Source: Candidatus Poribacteria bacterium
Lineage (GTDB): Bacteria; Poribacteria; WGA-4E; WGA-3G
Assembly (NCBI GenBank): GCA_964291315.2
Contig: OZ219753.1
Coordinates: forward strand, 2,080,001-2,144,000
Direction of reading: 5' to 3'
DNA: 64,000 bases
Under the pieces are notes generated by a model. It saw nothing but the letters and a program-made list of their open reading frames with translations, was not told where the DNA came from and ran no database searches. The position numbers and the translations under genes were made by a program. Shown in pieces: positions 10,860 to 20,973 of the stretch. The stretch's first letter is position 1. Every line of letters begins with the position of its first letter.

Positions 10860-12527
10860 TTAGGAAGCGACTCTTTCTTCATTATAGTTGTCGGGGAGAT
10901 CGTTTTCAAACAAGACGACATCTCCCGGTTGTACACGCGTTGCCAAGTGTTGTTTAACTTCTTCTAAATTGAGTGCAACAATAATCTGCTCGCTCGGATA
11001 TGCAGAGGCTTTCAAACCATCCAAAATCGGTATAGTTCTCGTGGGTCCGACTAGAATGATGAGATCACAGACATCAGCAGCGTGCTCTCCAAGTCTTCTA
11101 TTTTCCTCGTATTCCTTTTTTCCTAGTTCTACCATACCGGGTGTCACCAATACTTTTTTCCCGGCTCCAATCTCAGTGAGAACTTCAAGTGCAGCTTTCG
11201 CGCCAACAGGGTTAGAGTTGAAACTATCGTCAATGATGGTTACGTCACCGGTGCCCATTGTCAATTGTAAGCGATGAGGTACAGGTTCGACATTCGCAAC
11301 TGCTGTTCGGATTTCTTCAAGTGTCATCCCACACTCTATCGCAACTACCATGGCGGCAAGAATATTAGATACATTATGTCTGCCCAAAAGTTGTGTGTGG
11401 ATATCCACTTTGGTAACATCCTGCGTAGCAATGGATGCGTGTACTGTGAAAGCGAGGCCCGCATCGGTGTGTCGAATGTTCGTCGCGATTAGTGGGGCAG
11501 GTTCAGATGCCGAAGTTAGGACAGCTCCTTGTGTCGCGTAGCGCAACACTCGCTTACTGCTTCTTTCCGCTCTATTTGCAAGCTCACTACAGATTTCGTT
11601 GTCACAATTAAAAATCGCGAGCCCGCCGGATGGGAGCGACTCAATGAGTTCATATTTGGTCTTGGCTATATTTTCTATGCTTTTAAAGCGTTCTAAGTGT
11701 TGAGGCCCAACAGCCGTAAGAATACCTATTTGGGGTGAGACTAAGTTGCACAATTCTTGGATATCGCCACGTTTGTAGGCTCCCATTTCGACAATAAATA
11801 TCTCATGCTCAGCAGCAAGTTCTCCACGGATGACTTTACAGATACCCATTGGCGTGTTGTAACTGTCCGGTGTCATCAAGGTGTTAAATTTTTGGGACAA
11901 AATTCGATGCAAAATATACTTTGTACTTGTCTTGCCATAACTTCCGGTAATCCCAATCACTTTCGGACTAAACGTTTTAATCCGCCTTCTAGCGGAAAGA
12001 AGATATGTTTCATTTATTATCCGTTCCAAAGGATAGATAAGAAGGTTGGCGATCGTTAAATTGAGTACACTGACTTCGCTAAAAAGGAAGAGCGCGATAC
12101 GCCAAGGACTGCCCGCTGCTATGAGTGTAATTACGACAGCCAAACCGGCAAGAAGAGTGATTGAAAGTCCGAACACCCGCTTCGCCCGTGCTGTATAAAC
12201 GAGGGGCCTTTTCGCTTCAACTTCTTTTCTACATGTGAGCATATAAATTTGGAACCCACCCCAAACGATAGACAAGACCGGAGAATGCCAAGTGGTCTGA
12301 TACTGCGGATAAAACATAGTGAGAATTAACAAGCCTGCTATGATGAGAATCTCCTTAATCTCAAAGCAATTTCTCAGATGCTGGCACACCCACTTGAGGT
12401 AGCGACTTGTCTTATAGCCGTCAAGTTGGAGTATATGAAGTCCACGGGCAGTTCTGATGACTGCTCTCGCTACACAAGTTAATGTTGCAAGATGGAAAAG
12501 TGTTGTGCTTACTATTTCCAAAGTCAT
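10860..12527 (-). CDS. murF: UDP-MurNAc-tripeptide--D-Ala-D-Ala ligase with N-terminal multi-TM region
   Basis: GITGSYGKTSTK, VEMGA, DDSFNSNP, TPGMVELG; ~170 aa hydrophobic N-terminus. Confidence 0.85.
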   Translation of the reverse strand: MTLEIVSTTLFHLATLTCVARAVIRTARGLHILQLDGYKTSRYLKWVCQHLRNCFEIKEILIIAGLLILTMFYPQYQTTWHSPVLSIVWGGFQIYMLTCRKEVEAKRPLVYTARAKRVFGLSITLLAGLAVVITLIAAGSPWRIALFLFSEVSVLNLTIANLLIYPLERIINETYLLSARRRIKTFSPKVIGITGSYGKTSTKYILHRILSQKFNTLMTPDSYNTPMGICKVIRGELAAEHEIFIVEMGAYKRGDIQELCNLVSPQIGILTAVGPQHLERFKSIENIAKTKYELIESLPSGGLAIFNCDNEICSELANRAERSSKRVLRYATQGAVLTSASEPAPLIATNIRHTDAGLAFTVHASIATQDVTKVDIHTQLLGRHNVSNILAAMVVAIECGMTLEEIRTAVANVEPVPHRLQLTMGTGDVTIIDDSFNSNPVGAKAALEVLTEIGAGKKVLVTPGMVELGKKEYEENRRLGEHAADVCDLIILVGPTRTIPILDGLKASAYPSEQIIVALNLEEVKQHLATRVQPGDVVLFENDLPDNYNEERVAS

Positions 12528-12570
12528 TTTTATTTTCCTTCTATCCGCTTTATATTCCTAGGGGGCCTAT

Positions 12571-13332
12571 TTATAGATTCGAGATTTTCAGGAAGCTCGC
12601 CACAATCCGGCAGAATTTGGGCAATTGGTCAAGATACGAAAAGTGCCCTGCCTCCTTTAGGACGACCAGCCCGGCGTCAGGTATCTCTTTCTCCATAATC
12701 TGTCCGAATGACACAGGTGTATCCTGATCGTTTTCCCCCCAGACCAATAGCGTGGATGCAGCTATCCGCGGCAAAAGTGGACGTAGGTCTTGATTGACAA
12801 TTTTCACGAGTGTAGCGCGCATGTTTCCAGCCTCTTGATAGTCCTTAGAACCGGTGTGCTGCAACACAGTGTTTGCAAGGTAATTTCCATATTTTCCGAA
12901 TCTGCGAAGCAATTTGCCGATTTTTGCTATGCTTACTCGAAAATAGTATTTCGCGCTTCGGGGTGGCTTAATACCGGCGCTGTCAATAAGGATGAGCTTA
13001 TCCACTTTTTCTGGATACTCGGCTGAGAGTATAATTGAAATTCTACCGCCGAAGGAGTGCCCGATGAGGTGTGCTTTTGGAATGCAAAATTTCTCCAAGA
13101 AAGCTGCAACAAACCGTGCATAGTCGGACGTACTCCATCCGGTTGGGGGCATTTGACTCTTGCCGAACCCGGGTAAATCAAGTGCGTAGACTCTGTGAGA
13201 TTGTACAAGCCATTGAAAAACGGGTTGGAAGCTTGCGGCTTCTCCGCCCCAACCGTGTAGGAGGAGGACTACATCACCTTCACCAGCGACTTGATATGAA
13301 ATATTGAGTCCGTTAATCTCCGTGTTTTGCAT
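12571..13332 (-). CDS. alpha/beta hydrolase (esterase/peptidase-like)
   Basis: LLHGWGG oxyanion motif, GHSFGG nucleophile elbow, WGENDQDTP acid, AGHF His; start moved to MQNTEING (ORF open to 13419). Confidence 0.9.
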   Translation of the reverse strand: MQNTEINGLNISYQVAGEGDVVLLLHGWGGEAASFQPVFQWLVQSHRVYALDLPGFGKSQMPPTGWSTSDYARFVAAFLEKFCIPKAHLIGHSFGGRISIILSAEYPEKVDKLILIDSAGIKPPRSAKYYFRVSIAKIGKLLRRFGKYGNYLANTVLQHTGSKDYQEAGNMRATLVKIVNQDLRPLLPRIAASTLLVWGENDQDTPVSFGQIMEKEIPDAGLVVLKEAGHFSYLDQLPKFCRIVASFLKISNL

Positions 13333-13498
13333 GTTTTTTATGATTAAATCTGGCCCGCGTTCGGCTGTGTAAAATTCAGACCAATTGTTCGTTAATGGCT
13401 CATAATTTACGTTTTGCACCCGGGGCTAGTTTTCGGTTGAGTTACGAAATGATTCCCAATTTTCCACATCGCCAAAGGGGGTTTTAACCGATCTTAGA

Positions 13499-15001
13499 TC
13501 AGAAGGAGCTCCCTGCGCAGGCATAATTGTTTAAGATATCTGCAGCTACAACTCTATCGTCAAAAGGAAACCGTTTGCCGCCAATTTCCTGATAATCTTC
13601 ATGCCCTTTGCCAGCAATTACGACGACATCTCCTGATTTTGCTGTAGTGATAGCATGTTGAATGGCCTCACGTCTCTCGGAAATACACACATATTCGACA
13701 TCATGTGGTAAATTTGACACGATTTGCGCGATGATGGCATCAGGGTTCTCAGTACGCGGGTTGTCGGAAGTAATGATGCTATAATCTGCGACTCGGGCTG
13801 AAATAGCCCCCATTTTGGGGCGTTTCCGGCTATCACGATCTCCGCCGCATCCAAAGACAGAAATCAGCTTACGTTCTGTGATACGTTTCGCGGCAGTTAG
13901 AATATTTTCCAATCCATCAGGAGTATGTGCATAATCAACAATAACAGCAAAATTCTGTCCACCGTCTATAAGTTCAAATCTTCCCGGGACGACAGTAGAG
14001 GCAAGCCCCTCCTGAATTGCGGAGGCCGAACAATTGTATCGGATACCCACAGCTATAGCAGCGAGTGCGTTGTAAAGATTATATTCTCCGAGCAGACGAA
14101 GTTCGGCGCGGATGCGCTTCCCTGTTGAAAAGACAGCTGTAAACGCTAGTTGACTACGAGATATTTCAACGTCTTCGGAGTGTAAATCGGCATTGTTGCA
14201 CTGTCCATACGTCAAAGTCTTCGAGTTTTCACAGACTTGAGCGACGCGATCTGTTACGGACAAATCACTATTCAAAACAGCGATGCCTTGTTTTCCGAGC
14301 TGCTCGAAAAGCATTAATTTTGCCTTAAGGTAGGCCTCCATTGTCTGATGGTAATCTAGATGGTCCTGTGTAAAATTGGTAAAGACTGCAGTATCAAAAG
14401 TAAGTCCTGCTAGTCTCTGCAGTGCCAATCCTTGTGAGGAGGTTTCCATCACAACGTATTCGACCCCTTCTTGGGTGAATTGCTTGAAGAGGGCATGAAG
14501 CGCGAAAGCATCAGGAGTTGTGAGAGATGTCGGGAGTTCCTTCTCTACTGCATCGGCGTTCGTATATCGATGGCCGACGGTTCCGATGAGGGCTACCTTC
14601 CGACCGCTTGCTTTGAGTATAGCATATATGAGGTGTGCCGTTGATGTCTTACCGTTTGTGCCGGTAATACCGATGAGTTTAAGATGTTTTGCAGGGTTTC
14701 CATGCCAAGTGCTAGAAAGCAAGGCCAGGGCGCGCCGTCCACTAGGAACTTGAATGTAGGTAAATTGCTTTGTTGGTTTCGTTAAGTCAGCAATAGGGGT
14801 TTCACCGATAACAACTGATGCCCCGCTTCGAATTGCATTTACTATGAAGAGATGACTGTCAACATTGATACCTTGGTAGCAGATAAAAATATTACCAGGT
14901 TTAACTTTTCTGTTGTCACTGACGATACCGGTAACATCGATATCAAGTGCTCCGATAGCGGCTGTGATGTTCAATCCGTGAAGAAGCTCGCGAAGGTTCA
15001 C
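13499..15001 (-). CDS. murE: UDP-MurNAc-dipeptide--meso-diaminopimelate ligase
   Basis: GTNGKTS, DYAHTPD, GCGGDRD; DNPR motif typical of mDAP-adding enzymes. Confidence 0.96.
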   Translation of the reverse strand: MNLRELLHGLNITAAIGALDIDVTGIVSDNRKVKPGNIFICYQGINVDSHLFIVNAIRSGASVVIGETPIADLTKPTKQFTYIQVPSGRRALALLSSTWHGNPAKHLKLIGITGTNGKTSTAHLIYAILKASGRKVALIGTVGHRYTNADAVEKELPTSLTTPDAFALHALFKQFTQEGVEYVVMETSSQGLALQRLAGLTFDTAVFTNFTQDHLDYHQTMEAYLKAKLMLFEQLGKQGIAVLNSDLSVTDRVAQVCENSKTLTYGQCNNADLHSEDVEISRSQLAFTAVFSTGKRIRAELRLLGEYNLYNALAAIAVGIRYNCSASAIQEGLASTVVPGRFELIDGGQNFAVIVDYAHTPDGLENILTAAKRITERKLISVFGCGGDRDSRKRPKMGAISARVADYSIITSDNPRTENPDAIIAQIVSNLPHDVEYVCISERREAIQHAITTAKSGDVVVIAGKGHEDYQEIGGKRFPFDDRVVAADILNNYACAGSSF

Positions 15002-16800
15002 AATCCGCCTCCTTCCGCAGTAACGGGTTGATTCGAAGTTCCATCTGCAATTGGTGTGTATCCCGGAGTTTTCTGAACATCGGGGCTGAAAAATTCAGTT
15101 TGTTTTAAATATTGGATTGTTTGGGTAGCAACCGTTTGGAAAAGCGGCGCCGCGATCTGCCCACTGAAGCGTGCACCTCTGGGTTCATCGAGCATGACAA
15201 TTATTGAAACCACCGGATTCTCCGCAGGCAGAAATCCCATGAAAGACATAATTTCTTTGCCGAGGTAGCCTTTGCCGTTGAGTTCGGCTTTTTGGGCAGT
15301 TCCGGTCTTTCCAGCGACTCTGTAGCCTTCAACACGCGCGCGCTTACCACTCCCGTCTTCAACGACTCCGACAAGTATGTTTGTCATCTGTCTAGCGACT
15401 TCTGGACGTAGCACTTGTCGAACTTCAATAGGATATATTTTTTTAATTAGTTTCCCGCTATTGTCCTGAATTTCTCTCGCAATATATGGGCGTAGAAGTC
15501 TGCCATCATTCGCGATGACATTCAATGCAGTTAGCATCTGAAGGGGGGTTACCATAATTCCTTGTCCGAAAGGTACGGAGCCGAGAGAATGTATATCCCA
15601 ATGCTTGACTGCATGAAGGTTTCCTCTGTGTTCATATGGAAGATCGACACCCGTTGTTCTTCCAAAGCCGTAGCGCTCAATATAGGATCTGAAGTCTTTA
15701 TGTCCTAATTGTTTGACAATTTTAATCATCCCGATGTTGCTAGATTTGTGGAGCACCTGCTCTAAGGTTAGTGATCCTTTCCCTGAGACATCTCGTATGA
15801 CTCTGCCGTTGGCGAGTCGATACCGCCCGTTTTCACAAAACACGGTCGACTCAGATGTCATGATGCCCTCATTCAAGACAGCGGAAGCTGGAACAATTTT
15901 AAAAATCGATCCGGGTTCATACGCGAACCACACGCCAATATTACGTTTTGCCCCTTCACTCGCCTGGCCATAGGCATTTAAATCGTAAGATGGGTAGTTT
16001 GCAAGTGCCAATATTTCTGCTGTTTTTGATGCCAAAACGATGACCGTTCCGCGTGGCGCGTTCCACCGCTGGCAAGCTGCTGCTAATTCCTTCTCGGCGA
16101 CATATTGAATGTACTCGTCAAGTGTCAAAACGATACTATATCCATAATCGCTAGTGGAGTCACCATTGGTAAGTAAGTTTATCGGTTCGTTGCGTACTAA
16201 TGCTGCGCGATGAGCGGCTTGTCGTGCTTGTGCGTTTAGTAGATAATTATTGTACTGGTACTCAATTCCTTCGCCCATACTCTGATCGTTGATATGACCG
16301 ATCACCTGTGAAGCGAGTGCCCCCTTGGGGTAGACACGCTTCTGTTCAACCTCATGCTTTATACCGAGAATATCTTTCTCAATTGTGCGAATCTCATCGA
16401 GCATTCGATAATCGAGGTCTTTCTTCAACCAAACAAACCTTTTATCCTTGCGCCGGAGTTGGCGGAGGAGGTCCGACTCGGAGGCTCCTAGAATGGGTGC
16501 GAGTCTTTGAGCAGCGTTAATCGGATCGATCTTCATATATTTAGGATCCGCATAGACAGACAAACTATGGCGACTCATAGCCAGAACGTTTCCGTGTCTA
16601 TCGAGAATCTTGCCGCGCTTTATTTCTGCTGTGTGTGGAGAAAGCCAATCTTGTGAACCGGCTTCATACTGCGAAACACTACCAGATATCTGAATTTTGA
16701 ATAGTTTACTCACTAACAAGAGAAACCCGACTTGCATCAGAATAAGTGCAAAAACAAGGCGACGTATGGATAAATGCGATCTACTCTTCCGGTTTCTCAT
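14998..16800 (-). CDS. ftsI: penicillin-binding protein 3 / FtsI
   Basis: RGKILDR, EPGSIFK (SxxK), SSN, KTGTAQK; N-terminal TM. Confidence 0.93.
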   Translation of the reverse strand: MRNRKSRSHLSIRRLVFALILMQVGFLLLVSKLFKIQISGSVSQYEAGSQDWLSPHTAEIKRGKILDRHGNVLAMSRHSLSVYADPKYMKIDPINAAQRLAPILGASESDLLRQLRRKDKRFVWLKKDLDYRMLDEIRTIEKDILGIKHEVEQKRVYPKGALASQVIGHINDQSMGEGIEYQYNNYLLNAQARQAAHRAALVRNEPINLLTNGDSTSDYGYSIVLTLDEYIQYVAEKELAAACQRWNAPRGTVIVLASKTAEILALANYPSYDLNAYGQASEGAKRNIGVWFAYEPGSIFKIVPASAVLNEGIMTSESTVFCENGRYRLANGRVIRDVSGKGSLTLEQVLHKSSNIGMIKIVKQLGHKDFRSYIERYGFGRTTGVDLPYEHRGNLHAVKHWDIHSLGSVPFGQGIMVTPLQMLTALNVIANDGRLLRPYIAREIQDNSGKLIKKIYPIEVRQVLRPEVARQMTNILVGVVEDGSGKRARVEGYRVAGKTGTAQKAELNGKGYLGKEIMSFMGFLPAENPVVSIIVMLDEPRGARFSGQIAAPLFQTVATQTIQYLKQTEFFSPDVQKTPGYTPIADGTSNQPVTAEGGGL

Positions 16801-16848
16801 ATTATTAAATCAAAATACTTTAAAGCATTCTACTTGGGAAATCTGAAA

Positions 16849-17172
16849 TTACTTATTCCAAATGATCCGTGAGGTTTCAGTAGGTTCAACCAGGCCGATC
16901 TCAGCAGCGATTTTCCTGATTCTCTGAACAGAGGTTAATGTTGATTTTTCCAATTCAAGTTGATAAATCTCATCTTGAATTCGATGTTTCTGCCTTTCAT
17001 AGATAGGCTGGTGTTGTAAAGCGACTTTCTTGGCGTAGGATGAAAACCAAATGCTTCCAGCGAGGGTACAGAAGGACAGTGCCAACAGCATATGAACCAC
17101 GGGAAATCTTTTTTTCGATCTGGGCTCCTCTGGTTTGGTAAGGCGTACTGAATGTTGATCTGATATGTGCAT
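16849..17172 (-). CDS. ftsL: FtsL-like cell division protein
   Basis: Small protein with TM plus coiled coil ending RIRKIAAEIGLVEP; between rsmH and ftsI. Confidence 0.75.
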   Translation of the reverse strand: MHISDQHSVRLTKPEEPRSKKRFPVVHMLLALSFCTLAGSIWFSSYAKKVALQHQPIYERQKHRIQDEIYQLELEKSTLTSVQRIRKIAAEIGLVEPTETSRIIWNK

Positions 17173-17368
17173 TTACTTTGCTTCTTAAGCGAGGCTATAG
17201 AGGAGAACACGGCACCCTCTTTCTTGCTCGATGTATAATTTTTGCTATTCATCTACATACAATGGATAGACGAGTACCATCTATTAACATTTCAACGTTG
17301 AATTTTGTATTTAAGGTACATTTTTTTCAATTATGACAACGGGTACCTCTACTGTCGACAATATTGGA

Positions 17369-18322
17369 TTATAATTTGCGTGCAGCACGCAATTTAGCAC
17401 TCCTCGCTCGCGGGTTATGTTGTATTGCAGATGCATCTGAAACAATAGGACGCTTCGTTAGAATTTGTAAAGACGGTTTGTGTCCACAAATACAAATTGG
17501 GGTTTTGGGTGGACAGAGACACTCCTTTGCACACCGCTGGAACCGTCGTTTGACTATCCTATCCTCAAGCGAATGAAAGGTAATAACGCAGAAACATCCA
17601 CCGGGGTTCAAGATGCCGATAGCAGCATCTAAACCAGCCTCAAGATTCTCTAACTCGCTATTAACATGGATCCGTAGTGCCTGGAACACACGGGTGGCTG
17701 GATGGATTTTGGACCTCTTCTGAGGGACAACACTTTTGATAATTTCTGCAAGGTGTGTTGTCGTTGTTATTGCCTTCAGTTGTCTTGCTTTAACAATCCG
17801 AGCGGCAATCCGTTTAGAGAAACGTTCCTCCGCATACCGTTTGAAGATACCAACCAAGGTGTCCATGGAGCTATTGTTGACGATCTGCATAGCTGTAGGG
17901 TGCACGGTCTGATCATGAGCTGACCTATGCTCGTTTCTCATACGCATGTCTAGAGGCCCGGGGTGCTTAAAACTAAACCCACGGTGCGGTGTATCCAATT
18001 GCAACGATGATACCCCCAAATCAAGCAGAACACCATCTACAGCGTAAATGGAGTATTTCTGAAGCAAAATATGCATCTCTGCGAAATTGCCGTTAATGAG
18101 ATTGCACCGCTCCTCGAAAGAACTTAGTCTCTTCTTGGCAATAGCGAGGGCTTCAGAATCCAAATCAATTCCGATGACGCGTCCAGTTGGTGCAGAGGCG
18201 TTTAGGATAGCAGAACTGTGTCCGCCCAATCCGACAGTACCATCTACATAAACACCTGTGGGTTGCGGTTTGAGAAATTCAAGCACTCTGTCACATAGAA
18301 CGGGTATGTGCTGTGTATTCAT
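17369..18322 (-). CDS. rsmH: 16S rRNA m4C1402 methyltransferase
   Basis: HIPVL, DGTVGLGGHS, DLGVSSLQLD, FHSLEDRIVK, NPRARSAKLR. Confidence 0.97.
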   Translation of the reverse strand: MNTQHIPVLCDRVLEFLKPQPTGVYVDGTVGLGGHSSAILNASAPTGRVIGIDLDSEALAIAKKRLSSFEERCNLINGNFAEMHILLQKYSIYAVDGVLLDLGVSSLQLDTPHRGFSFKHPGPLDMRMRNEHRSAHDQTVHPTAMQIVNNSSMDTLVGIFKRYAEERFSKRIAARIVKARQLKAITTTTHLAEIIKSVVPQKRSKIHPATRVFQALRIHVNSELENLEAGLDAAIGILNPGGCFCVITFHSLEDRIVKRRFQRCAKECLCPPKTPICICGHKPSLQILTKRPIVSDASAIQHNPRARSAKLRAARKL

Positions 18323-18371
18323 AATCTGTCCCAATACGACTACACTCTTAACCTACTTAAATAGTCTGTAT

Positions 18372-18388
18372 AGCAAGAAACATGCCAA
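18372..18388 (-). promoter_or_regulatory. candidate sigma54 (-24/-12) promoter upstream of rsmH and the dcw cluster
   Basis: Minus strand TTGGCAT-GTTTC-TTGCT matches TGGCAC-N5-TTGCW with exact GG/GC spacing, ~50 nt before the rsmH ATG. Confidence 0.6.
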
Positions 18389-18819
18389 TCCATTCTGATA
18401 CTTTATTGCCGGTCTAGCCGTCTATGCAATTTTGATAGATCGCCGATACAAGTTCCATTGTTTTGAATGCATCAGGAAAGGCTGATTTTCCTGAATAGCA
18501 TCTGCAAAATGGGACTCTCCGCGTAAAAGGAGTGTATCCATAGCGTGGATTGCATCGCATGTCGAAATATCTATTAATCCGTCACAATAGTGGGTGCCCT
18601 GCGTGCTTTTATGAAAAGTCGACATACATTGGATAATTGGCCGGTGTTCCTCAACCATCTTGTAATTGAATCTTAAAGTTTCATGTCATAGATACGGTTT
18701 ACATGCTTGTTCGGGAAAAATCGCCTGCCTCAAACAAATTTGGGAAGCCATCAACGGGAGTTCTTCACATAAGTATTTTTTTTCTTAAAACTAAATAGTC
18801 CTAAATTACTGCTTCTCGC

Positions 18820-18848
18820 TTGTATATTATAGGAAAAGATGTTAAAAT
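18820..18848 (+). promoter_or_regulatory. sigma70-type promoter of hydantoinase B gene
   Basis: TTGTAT-17-TAAAAT with TG extended -10. Confidence 0.5.
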
Positions 18849-18913
18849 TGCAGCTAACTTCTGTAGAAATTAGTCTTATTTACCAACTCACACGATAACG
18901 ATAAGTAACAAAC

Positions 18914-20485
18914 ATGGATCCTATTAGATTAGAACTTTATAAAAACGTATTAACCTCGGTTGCAGAGGAGATGGGTGTAACGCTCCAGCGGACAGCATTT
19001 TCACCGAACATCAAAGAGCGCCTTGATTTTTCGTGTGCTGTGTTCGACTGCATTGGAAAAATGGTTGCACAAGCCGCCCATATTCCGGTGCATCTTGGCT
19101 CGATGCCGCTCTCGGTACTTGCTGCGATTGCGCACACGGAGATGGTACCCGGAGATATGATTGCTCTCAATGATCCGTATCGTGGTGGTACACATCTGCC
19201 GGACATTACGCTTGTCGCGCCTGTTTTTTCATCTGAGCAAGCAGAGTCGGCAAGGAGGCATCCGGTATTCTATGTCGCGAATCGTGCGCATCACGCGGAC
19301 GTTGGCGGCATGCGTCCAGGTTCAATGCCTATTGCGACGAGTGTAATTCAGGAGGGTATCCGGATCCCGCCTGTTAAGCTCATCCGAGGCGGCGAACTCA
19401 ATCGTGATTTGTGGGAATTAATTCTCGCCAACGTGCGCATTCCTGAAGAGCGTCGGGGTGATATAGAAGCGCAACTTGCTGCCAATCGCGTCGGTGAACG
19501 CCGTTTACAAGAGATAGTCGCTAAATACGGGCCATCAGAAATTGCGGCTTCTATGGAAGAACTGTGTGCGTACGCTAGTCGAATGGTGCGTGCACGTTTA
19601 TGGACGATTCCGGATGGACGCTACGTATATGCTGATGCGCTTGACAACGACGGTATTGTTGATGAACCGATCGAAATCCGCGTTGTAATCGAAATTAAAG
19701 GTGACACAGCAGTCGTTGATTTCACTGGAACGGCCCCGCAAGCACGAGGTTCTGTCAATGCTATCTACGCTATTACCCTCTCAGCAGTCTTTTACGTTTT
19801 CCGATGTATTGCCGGTGAGGATGTGCCTGCTAATGCCGGATGTTTAGAGCCTATTCAGGTCATTGCGCCGGAAGGGAGCATTGTGAATGCTAAGTTTCCG
19901 GCTGCAGTTGCGGGTGGAAACGTGGAAACGTCACAACGTATTGTTGATGTACTTCTCGGTGCCTTGGCGCAAGCTTGTCCGGATCAGATTCCTGCGGCGA
20001 GTTCCGGCACGATGAACAACCTTACAATAGGAGGTTATGACGCTCTCCGCGGGAAGGAATTTACCTATTATGAAACTATTGCGGGCGGAATGGGTGCGCG
20101 CCCAAATTCGGATGGCATCGATGCTATCCATACACATATGACGAATACGATGAATACCCCGATAGAGGCAATTGAGACGAACTATCCGATGCAAGTGATG
20201 GAGTATGCAATCCGCCGCGGAACAGGGGGCGAGGGTGATTTTTGCGGTGGGGCAGGTATCGTTCGATCATTGCGTCTACTGACAGACGCAGAGGTCACTA
20301 TCCTTTCAGATCGGCGAACACGAGGTCCGTACGGTTTAGGAAACGGAGACCCGGGGCAACCGGGAAGGAACGTCCTCATTTCTGATGGCGCAGAGCAGCA
20401 GTTGGCGGGGAAAGTGTCAATTTCTACGTCCGAAGGGGATATCATTCGGATAGAAACCCCTGGGGGTGGCGGTTTTTCATCTTAG
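18914..20485 (+). CDS. hydantoinase B / 5-oxoprolinase beta-type subunit
   Basis: FSPNIKERLDFSCA, HIPVHLGSM, NDPYRGGTHLPD, HHADVGG, ETPGGGG. Confidence 0.93.
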   Translation: MDPIRLELYKNVLTSVAEEMGVTLQRTAFSPNIKERLDFSCAVFDCIGKMVAQAAHIPVHLGSMPLSVLAAIAHTEMVPGDMIALNDPYRGGTHLPDITLVAPVFSSEQAESARRHPVFYVANRAHHADVGGMRPGSMPIATSVIQEGIRIPPVKLIRGGELNRDLWELILANVRIPEERRGDIEAQLAANRVGERRLQEIVAKYGPSEIAASMEELCAYASRMVRARLWTIPDGRYVYADALDNDGIVDEPIEIRVVIEIKGDTAVVDFTGTAPQARGSVNAIYAITLSAVFYVFRCIAGEDVPANAGCLEPIQVIAPEGSIVNAKFPAAVAGGNVETSQRIVDVLLGALAQACPDQIPAASSGTMNNLTIGGYDALRGKEFTYYETIAGGMGARPNSDGIDAIHTHMTNTMNTPIEAIETNYPMQVMEYAIRRGTGGEGDFCGGAGIVRSLRLLTDAEVTILSDRRTRGPYGLGNGDPGQPGRNVLISDGAEQQLAGKVSISTSEGDIIRIETPGGGGFSS

Positions 20486-20529
20486 TGCCTCATGTTCAAA
20501 TGGAAAAAGAACGGACAAATATGAACAAA

Positions 20530-20902
20530 GGCTTGAGTTGAGAATAAGCCGGATTCTGTATATGATGATCATTCATCTGGGATGGATGTTACCATCCACC
20601 TCAAGCGGTCACCTCGGGAAAGGCGGGCACACCTTATGTTCCGCTATCTACCTTGCTCCAGATGGGGTTTACCGAGCTCCATAAGTCACCTTATGGACTG
20701 GTGCGCTTTTACCGCACCGTTTCACCTGTACAACGCCCGATTTGTTAGACAAAAGTGGGTGTTGTAGTCTACTTTCTGTTGCACTTTCCATAGCGTCGCC
20801 GCTCCTGGGGATTACCCAGCATCCTGCCCTGCGGAGTCCGGACTTTCCTCATCCCGATTGTAAAACTACCTTCGAGACGTGACCATCTACTCAACTCAAG
20901 CC
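20530..20902 (-). ncRNA. rnpB: RNase P RNA (bacterial type A)
   Basis: Minus strand has GAGGAAAGTCCGGACTC, GGAAAGTGCAACAGAAA and ACAGAATCCGGCTTA; P1 helix GGCTTGAGTTGAG/CTCAACTCAAGCC closes both ends; extended -10 TGTTATAAT at 20908-20916. Confidence 0.96.
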
Positions 20903-20973
20903 CTTCTATTATAACATAGCTGGCACCTTAAAGGCAAAAAGAGAAGGAACAGCCAAAGAGATTCCACAAAACA

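Noticed and set aside
18422-18658. 78-aa ORF at the usual mraZ position
   Set aside because: No MraZ motifs (DxKGR, SpoVT/AbrB repeats); looks like a chance ORF
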